Assembly (NCBI RefSeq): GCF_006345805.1
Contig: NW_021832743.1
Coordinates: 1 to 32,806, forward strand
From: Octopus sinensis
Taxonomy: Eukaryota
Direction: 5' to 3'
Length of the DNA stretch: 32,806 nt
The translations under genes were made by a program, and so were the position numbers. A model generated the notes under the pieces. The model did not search any database, had not been told where the DNA came from, and saw only the letters and a program-made list of their open reading frames with translations. Numbering within the stretch: position 1 is the first letter of the stretch; every line of letters starts with the position of its first letter. Of this stretch, positions 25,441-32,806 are shown in pieces.

Positions 25441-25441
<1 letters not shown>
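24920..25441 (-). mobile_element. Two SINE 3' fragments (24920-25100 and 25275-25441) separated by (TA)n
   Basis: Same order and diagnostic variants as 5171-5270 and 5366-5530. Confidence 0.75.
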
Positions 25442-25475
<34 letters not shown>

Positions 25476-25478
<3 letters not shown>

Positions 25479-25572
25479 AATATAGTACATATGTTGTTAA
25501 TGTCTGTAGTACATAGTTTATATGTATTTAGTATTTCCAAACAAGAATATTATTGACAGTGATGTATATATA

Positions 25573-25625
<53 letters not shown>

Positions 25626-25716
25626 CATCACTGTCAATAATATTCTTGTTTGGAAATACTAAATACATCATAAACTATGTACTACAGACATTACACAAAT
25701 ATGTACTATATTTTAT
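25476..25716. repeat. Fold-back palindrome: ~90-bp arms around a (TA)n centre
   Basis: GTATTTAGTATTTCCAAACAAGAATATTATTGACAGTGATGTA versus TACATCACTGTCAATAATATTCTTGTTTGGAAATACTAAATAC. Confidence 0.92.
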
Positions 25717-25837
25717 AAGCGATTTAAAAAAAAACCACAAAAACCGTTAGATTCACTTCAACATTTCATTTTAATTTGTTGAAATCTTTTCGTCACTTTC
25801 CGACCGTGACCTGTTCACTAACAAAGCTTCATATGTA

Positions 25838-25868
<31 letters not shown>

Positions 25869-26064
25869 TACGGAGATGTACTTGCATAGCAAGTGACTTG
25901 ATCTGAGATCGTGTGCTGGAACGAAAACAATTGCAGCGTGGAAGGTGTTTATAAGCGATTTAAGAAACACACAAAAACCGTTAGATTCACTTCAACATTT
26001 CAATTGAATTTGTTCAAATCTTTTCCTCACTTTCCGACCGTGACCTGTTCACTGACAAAGCTTC

Positions 26065-26125
<61 letters not shown>

Positions 26126-26533
26126 TACGGAGATGTACTTGCATAGCAAGTGACTTGATCTGAGATCGTGTGCTGGAACGAAAACAATTGCAGCGTGGAA
26201 GGTGTTTATAATCGATTTAAGAAACACACAAAAACCGTTAGATTCACTTCAACATTTCAATTGAATTTGTTCAAATCTTTTCCTCACTTTCCGACCGTGA
26301 CCTCTTCACTGACAAAGCTTCATATGTATATATATATATATACATATATATATATTACGGAGATGTACTTGCATAGCAAGTGACTTGATCTCAGATTGTG
26401 TGCTGGAACGAAAACAATTGCAGCGTGGAAGGTGTTTATAAGCGATTTAAGAAACACACAAAAACCGTTAGATTCACTTCAACATTTCAATTGAATTTGT
26501 TCAAATCTTTTCGTCGCTTTCAAACGGCGACCT
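25715..26533 (-). mobile_element. Tandem array of ~200-bp units separated by (TA)n, each with a hammerhead-like motif (pseudo-LTR/retrozyme-like)
   Basis: Unit starts ACGGAGATGTACTTGC at 25870, 26127 and 26357; the first and last units are partial. Confidence 0.85.
25775..25825 (-). ncRNA. Minimal type-I hammerhead-like motif, G3-C8 core variant
   Basis: Minus strand: TTTGTTA GTGAACA G GTCAC(GGTCGGAAA)GTGAC GAAA AGAT T T CAACAAA. More degenerate copies at 26009-26059, 26266-26316 and 26496-26533. Confidence 0.6.
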
Positions 26534-26617
26534 ACATTGTCCTGTCAGATTCAGGTGGATTGATCGGTTCTGCGACCCCTTTCGGGTGAATTAGAGGTCG
26601 TTCTAAACACCCCTTGA

Positions 26618-26928
26618 AGAGAAGGACAGGCAGAGAGTATGGTAGAGCTGTCATGAGAGGGTGATAGGCAGCAGGCGATAGAGATAGAGTAAGGAATCTT
26701 ATAGCAGATAGAGAGGGTATTGGCAGTAAGAGAGGATGAGGGGCAGAGAGAAGAAAAGTAGTGAGAGAGATAGAGTATAAGGCTAAGGGACAGATGTGAG
26801 GAAGAATTAGCAGTGAGAGAGGATGAGGGGGCAGAGAAGGACAGGCAGAGAGTATGGTAGAGCTGTCATGAGAGGGTGATAGGCAGCAGGCGATAGAGAT
26901 AGAGTAAGGAATCTTAGAGCAGATAGAA
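26618..26928 (+). repeat. GA-rich region with a 95-bp direct repeat (26618-26712 / 26834-26928)
   Basis: GAGAAGGACAGGCAGAGAGTATGGTAGAGCTGTCATGAGAGGG... occurs twice, period 216. Confidence 0.9.
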
Positions 26929-27228
26929 AGGCTATAAGCGGTAGAGACAGAGGGAGATGAGGGAGTGGAAGTCAGGACAAGGAAGTGAGGTTTTGGGCAG
27001 TGGGAGTCGGTCGTCAGAGAATCTTGGGAGCGAGCGATGGGATGCAGGAGTTTGGCAGGCTGGATTTAGCGGTACGGAGAGATGGAGGTGCAATAATGGG
27101 ACGCTGGCGATTCAATTAGGAATTAAGGTATTTAATTGTATTGATACGTGTTACGATGTAAAAGAAAAGAAAGAGAAAAGAAGAGAGAAAAAGAAGGACT
27201 CTGATGTAGACGATAATGAACTTTGAAC

Positions 27229-27670
27229 TGTAACGTGAATTGTTGTGATACGAACATTGTATAATGTATCGATTATAGGGTTCTGATTGGACTGTGACGT
27301 AACGTTACCTTGAAATACTGTATATAACTTGTTGTGTCTCCGGACTGTTATATTGTTACATGCATGTTGTTAAATGCTTTGATCTGTGGTATACCCGTAT
27401 GAAGTATTGATTTTTGTTTGCCTTAATGCTTTGATGTTGTAACCATTGATTGTCATATAAACTAGTTGTGAATGTAAGCCAGTGTTGCCAGTTGTTGCCT
27501 TGCCTCTTTTGGTGTCTCTCTCCGGTTGTATCTCTGTGTCTCGGTTGCCTTGCTGCGGTTGTGTCTCTCTCCTCTCCTCTCCCCGACGAGTTTCCGTGGC
27601 GGGAAATTCGCTGATCGAGTCGGGCCTGTCTGGGGATTCCGTACAGTTTTCGGAGGTCCCACTCGTAACA
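27229..27670. other. Possible LTR-like segment
   Basis: Begins TGTAACG and ends CGTAACA (imperfect TG..CA terminal inverted ends). No TSD, PBS or PPT found. Confidence 0.25.
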
Positions 27671-27682
27671 ATATATATATAT

Positions 27683-28124
27683 AAATAATAGTTATCGCCA
27701 TACTAATATGGCATTCTTATGAAAATAAGAATAAAGCTGTCCGCTTATTAGCTCCATGAGGCCATCGCCTTAAGTTAGCTATTTGATACACACTGTATCC
27801 ATATAACCTTCGAACAAGGGAGGTCAGTCGCTCCACACTAATTGACCGAAGCTAGGTAAATAAAACCTTCGAACAGAGATTGTCAGAAGCGACACCTACT
27901 GGTCTGGCTAGGCTGCATTGAAAAGGGGCAATACCCCGAAACGCGTCTGTAGCTGCCGGTCAAGTAGTGTGGAGCGACTGACCTCCCTTGTTCGAAGGTT
28001 ATATGGATACAGTTTGTGTATCAAATAGCTAACTTAAGGCGATGGCCTCATGGAGCTAATAAGCGGACAGCTTTATTCTTATTTTTATAAGAATGCCATA
28101 TTAGTATGGCGATAACTATTATTT
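27683..28124. repeat. Near-perfect fold-back: arms 27683-27848 and 27957-28124, 108-nt loop
   Basis: Arms differ by only 2 substitutions and one 2-nt indel by eye. Confidence 0.95.
27912..27953 (+). ncRNA. Minimal type-I hammerhead motif, U3-A8 core variant
   Basis: GCTGCA TTGAAAA GGGG(CAATA)CCCC GAAA CGCG T C TGTAGC: stem I 6 bp, stem II 4 bp, palindromic ACGCGT stem III, GUC cleavage triplet. Confidence 0.75.
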
Positions 28125-28226
28125 TCCGGGAACGCTACCGTTGTTCTCTTTTAGAGAGACTTAGTAATTTTAATATTTCTATATATATATATATACGCGA
28201 GAAAGAAGCAACAAGAATGGATAGGT

Positions 28227-28317
28227 TTTTAGTACAATCGTTTCATACAAGGACAGGCTTTATTAAAAGTTGCAAAAATTACAGCATATAAACGTGTCCT
28301 GTACTCATCAGCTAAAA
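28227..28317 (-). ncRNA. Type-I hammerhead motif, canonical CUGAUGA core, extended stem II
   Basis: Minus strand: TTTTAG CTGATGA GTACAGGACA-(39 nt)-TGTCCTTGTAT GAAA CGATTG T A CTAAAA. Confidence 0.78.
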
Positions 28318-28854
28318 TACATGTGAGTTCTCTAGACATCCTATTGGTTGAGGCTATACTCATGAAGTAGATAATTAAGTAACATAAACAGATTTCCAAA
28401 GTTCATTAAAGTTCTTTAAAGATGATGTACAGTCTTATCACAGAATTTTAAAAAAGTTTTAACAGCATCACAGAGAAGGTGACCTAATCCATAGTGCACA
28501 TATGAATTTCCAGAGATATGATGAGGGATTACATACTCACAGACGACAAATTTATCCATTGTTAATCACAACGAGGTGGGTCTCAATTCCTGCTTATTAG
28601 CATTACAGGGAGGGTGAATTAATCCTTTGTATAGATGCACAATTTCCAATGGTGTAGATGTAAATTTCCAGAGAAATGAAGAGGAATTTCATATTCACAG
28701 GCGATAAATTTATCAATGGTTGAACACAATGAGGTAGGTATCAATTCTTGTTATATGATTAGGTATTTGCCACATTAATCACATTACTGCTATTTACAAG
28801 AGGCTGTAGCTATTTAACTTTTAAAGGCTGAAGGGCTTTCTAGAGAGGCAAAGA

Positions 28855-29040
28855 ATAGAAAAGGGGAGGGAATAGAAGAAAAGAGAGAAGATAAAGGAGG
28901 AGGGAGCAAAAAAGGGGGGGGAGAGGGACTAAAAGAGAAGAGAAAAGGAAAAAGAGAATAGGAAGAAGAAAAAGAAAAAAGAGAAAAGAGAAAGAAATAG
29001 GGAAAGAAGGGAAAAAAGAAAAAAGAAAAAGAAAAAAGAG
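28855..29040. repeat. Purine-rich (GA/A) low-complexity tract
   Basis: Direct reading of the sequence. Confidence 0.9.
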
Positions 29041-29779
29041 GGTTCTAGTTATACAGAAGAATTAGCAGACGGCAAGTCTGGTTTTAATTTACAGGCATCT
29101 AGGAACTAGAGGAGAATATTATTCTTTGACCAGTAAAACAGCTAATTTATTGCTGTTGAAATCAGCTGTGAATTTAAAGAGAATCTAAAGAGATAACACA
29201 GTCAGGGGTTTAGGGGTCAGATGCTAAAATCAAAAGAAAATACATTAGGAAAATCTAAGTATAATCTTATCAAAAAGTCATTAAAGTTTATTTATTTAAT
29301 TTATTCATTATATTGTCTTAAGGAGTTGCCTTTATTATTCATACATTGACGGACTACAGGTCAAATCTTAGAAGATCATTTACAAGGTGTTAGGGGATTG
29401 TCTATCATAATGAAGATAATCATATTATCACCGAGGGAGTAGCCTTATTTATTTAATTTTGAAATAGAATTATGGGGCTATAGTAACTCATTTTATTTTA
29501 TTACAGTTATGCTATTTAAATTAGATTAAGTTAGGAATTAAAATTACAAATTACAATTAAGATTTAAAATTAAGAATTTAAAATTATGAGTTTGAAATTA
29601 AATAAAGCCTCAATTAAGCAGCGTATAAGTACTATTCATTTCCCTGTTCTCAAAAAAAACTGATGCAGATATAAGGAAAAAGATAACTGTAGTGTGAGAA
29701 CTCTTAGTTATCTACTTAAAGCAGTGTTATACTAGTAGAAATCAAGTTATATCTATCTATCTAGTTACGAATATTCTAA

Positions 29780-32423
29780 TCATTTAAAATATTTTAAAGT
29801 CTTCAATTTAGCGTGGACACAAACTTGACCTAGTTCGATATGGTTATTCAATAAGTTTCTATGTTTTCTATGCTTTAGAATTTCATACGTCTCCATGGAG
29901 CATAGTTGGCAACCAACCCTACTATTTTTGTACGGAATTGCTCTCCTAACTATTTCCCAATTAAGGTTATAATTATTATTATTATTTTTGAGTTCCCAGA
30001 TTTTGTTTGAAAGTGTGGTGGTACCAGCTTTATGACGTAATTTAAAAGACGAGATGTGATTTCTAACTCTAGAAAGAAAATGAATTGTACATCCAATGTA
30101 AAAATATTTGTTATTCTCCGTGGATATGGTACATTTATAGATTACATTATTTTCCCCACATAGGCCAGGTGCCGGGCATTTTGATTTTATTCTACACTTA
30201 CACACAGGAGGAACAACTTCAGGCTTTGGATTATTCTTGGGTAGATGTCTTAGGTTCCTATTACTTTGATTATCATTTCTATAGTTAGTTCTGATATCTA
30301 AAGTATTGCTATTATTTATTGATCCTTCTGTTTCATCATTTAGGTCTAAAGTCCTACCATGATTTCTTATATTATTGGTAATGTTACTATTATTGTTGTT
30401 AGTCTTTTTATCCGACTGCATATTGTTGTTATAGATATCACTGATATTTTCATTCTCCTTATTTTCTCCATTAGCCTTATTTCTATTATTTCTATTATTA
30501 ACATTATTACTTCTATTAATATCGGCATTGTTATTATTACTATTAATGTTAATGTTATTAGTCATTCTGTGGTTACTAATTTCACCTATGTTTTAATAGT
30601 TACTATTGCTGTTTTTATTGTTGGTAGTATTATTATAATTGCTATTGGTATTCATGCTGATATTATTATTTTTATTCTATCTTTCCTGGCTAGTTTAATG
30701 TTGTTTTATTAATCTTAGCTATTAAAGTGGACATATTTGGGAGGGTTGAATAAGAAATCCTAACTGTTTTCCTAGAAATAATTCTATGATATCTATGAGA
30801 GATAGGGAAATTTTTTTCCAGGATTACTTTGAATTTGTTCTGTATATCCGATTGTATCGCACAGTTGAAAGGAATATTCAGCCATAATATATCTTTTTTA
30901 TTAAATTTAGGGTTATTAGAATTACTACTATTCATCTCACCGGAGTTATTGTATTTATTACCATTATTTTTATTTTTATTTGTGTGCATCTTAGGTTTAT
31001 CTACTTCGATATTATCCGATTTACCTATTTTCTGGTCAATGCTTCTATTTGAATTGTTGGGCCTGTACGTTAGATTAGCGTTTACCGTTAATTTAATTCT
31101 ACTTTTATTTCGGGCTTGGTCTGTATTGCTGCTTACGTGATTACTGATAACTTCTTTATTAGGAATACATGAGTTCCCCTTATCAACGAATGTAATCTTT
31201 TGGTTGTATCCAGCCTTGGTTAACGCCGCATTATAATGCTCAGAATGGGAGTTAAATATATCCTTATTGGATGATAATTTTGAAATTCTTAATGAAATAT
31301 TTCTTACTAAAGATTCTATTATATTTGGGGGATGATTTGATAATTTATTTACGTAATTCGTGATTTCGCCTTCCTTTCTAAATGGGTAATGTAGCTTGGA
31401 GTTCAGGTCTAGCGTAATATCTAGGAAGTTAACTATTTTAGTGCCCGGTTCATACGTTATACTGAGGTTGAAATCCTTAAAGAACTTATTAATTTTCTTT
31501 CTAATCCTTTCTATAACAGATTTATTATTACTAGGGATAACAAACAGAGCATCATCCCTATATAGACCCCCCTGTATTTCTGGGATATCCTTGCTTATGC
31601 ATTTTAATAGATATGCGCCTACTAGGTTGGTTACCTCAGCCGAATCACTGGAACCCATTGGTATATCAAAAACATTTTGTGTATCTGCTCTAGTCCATAA
31701 TTTATCTTCAAATTCTATAAATGTCTTCCTAGCTAGTAGCACAATATTGATTTCTTCTCTAGATATGAGGGAGCGATTCATGGCAAATATTAGTGATTTG
31801 TTGAGTAAGATAGGGGAAATACTAGAGTAATAACTATTAATATCGAACTGAATAAAGGACAGACTACTAGTATTATTTAGAGAGTTAAACCATTTTAGAA
31901 CTTCGTCCGTACTTAGCCATAGGTTTAAGGGGAGAAGGGGGGGTTATTTGGGGTAGAACAGTATCCAGGATAGATTTACTAAGTCGGCCAATGTCCGACT
32001 TAGTTGGACAGATCAGCCTTACCGAAGGGTTTTCCAAGAAGTTCTTTTTGTGGTCTTTAAGGTTGATCCTGGGCTCACACGGTTTAAGTGGCTCCGTTCT
32101 ATCCGTTAAATTTAGTTTCTCCATGATCTCTTTCATTTCCATGTTTACTTTTTTCAAATTGTTCTTAGTCGTAATTTTATATTTGGAGTTTAATTCCTTC
32201 CTAATTAATTTGCTATAAATATCGTAATCAACTCTATACATATTACCCGTTTTATCTGCTGGTACTAGGATTCCATGTTTGCACCGGGTTGACTGAATAA
32301 AGTTCCTAAGGCGTCTAAGGTGAGGGTTATACCTTAACGGGTGTTCCTTGAAGCTAATATCATCTATAAGATTCAGCAAGTCTTTCTCAAAGTTCTCCAG
32401 GAATGGGTTCTGAGGTGGGCTTT

Positions 32424-32427
<4 letters not shown>
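29780..32427 (-). pseudogene. Penelope-like RT + GIY-YIG endonuclease ORF, broken by frameshifts
   Basis: ADKT, KDHK, RLICPTKS, QFDI..YY.SI (readable at ~31800-31860), PMGS.D.AEV..LVG.YLL, GLYRDD, VNFLDITLDL, SNHPP. Then CKC...C...G.C, VIY...YIG, R...H, CQLC..E and LLN. Confidence 0.93.
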
Positions 32428-32475
<48 letters not shown>

Positions 32476-32496
32476 TATATATATATTATATGAAGC

Positions 32497-32545
32497 TTTG
32501 TCAGTGAACAGGTCACCGTCTCAAAGCGACGAAAATATTTGGACA
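32497..32545 (+). ncRNA. Minimal type-I hammerhead-like motif, G3-C8 core
   Basis: TTTGTCA GTGAACA G GTCAC(CGTCTCAAA)GCGAC GAAA ATAT T T GGACA. Palindromic AATATT stem III; mismatches in stems I and II. Confidence 0.6.
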
Positions 32546-32768
32546 TCTAACGGTTTTTGTGTGTTTCTTAAATGGCTTATAAACACCTTCCATGATGAAA
32601 TTGTTTTCGTTCCAGCACACGATATCAGATCAGGTCACTTGCTATGCAAGTACATCTCCGTATATATATATATGTATATATATATATAATATATATTATA
32701 TATATATATATAATATATATATATAATATATATTATATATATATTATATATATATATACATATGAAGC

Positions 32769-32806
32769 TTTGTCAGTGAACAGGTCGCGGTCGGAAAGCG
32801 ACGAAA
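32769..32806 (+). ncRNA. Hammerhead-like motif, G3-C8 core, cut by the window end
   Basis: TTTGTCA GTGAACA G GTCGC(GGTCGGAAA)GCGAC GAAA; stem II is perfect. Confidence 0.62.

Larger units (their letters stand above)
28190..32427 (-). mobile_element. Penelope-like retroelement, 5'-truncated; 3' boundary inferred from the hammerhead and adjacent (TA)n
   Basis: RT + GIY-YIG ORF at 29780-32427, then ~1.5 kb of non-coding DNA ending near the sense-strand hammerhead. Confidence 0.65.
32490..32806 (+). mobile_element. Hammerhead-bearing ~200-bp units, inverted relative to 25715-26533; runs off the window
   Basis: Reverse complement of the 25870-26068 unit (ACGGTTTTTGTGTGTTTCTTAAAT...GCTATGCAAGTACATCTCCGT); second unit starts at ~32761. 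Confidence 0.88.

Noticed and set aside
25715-26533. Regularly spaced repeats with variable spacers as a CRISPR array
   Set aside because: Units are ~200 bp, the spacers are (TA)n, the context is eukaryotic and there are no cas genes.
29780-30200. Selenocysteine recoding as in some Naiad elements
   Set aside because: All Cys-motif positions are ordinary Cys codons. The terminal TGA is not at a Cys position and is followed closely by another stop.
30359-31830. Plus-strand hydrophobic ORFs (30359-30712, 30829-31140, 31396-31830) as membrane proteins
   Set aside because: They are antisense shadows of the Asn/Lys-rich Penelope ORF.

Overview
Eukaryotic, repeat-saturated, apparently non-genic DNA. 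The SINE families and (TA)n/(TACA)n density suggest an octopod cephalopod (inference). No host gene exon, tRNA, rRNA or CRISPR is supported; most ORFs in the track are microsatellite artefacts or transposon fragments. The left 25 kb is a mosaic of decayed non-LTR elements (two CR1-like LINE families, two RTE copies, an L1/Tx1-type endonuclease fragment), tRNA-derived SINEs and local direct and inverted duplications. The right 7.3 kb holds a 5'-truncated, frameshifted Penelope-like element (RT with YRDD plus GIY-YIG) surrounded by three unrelated minimal type-I hammerhead ribozyme motifs. Each uses a different Watson-Crick pair at core positions 3-8: C3-G8 at 28227-28317, U3-A8 at 27912-27953, and G3-C8 in tandem ~200-bp units at 25715-26533 and 32490-32806. 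Two long fold-back palindromes lie next to these motifs. Separately, one CR1-like LINE shares its 3' tail stem-loop with the local SINEs. All folds and alignments were done by eye, and activity is untested.
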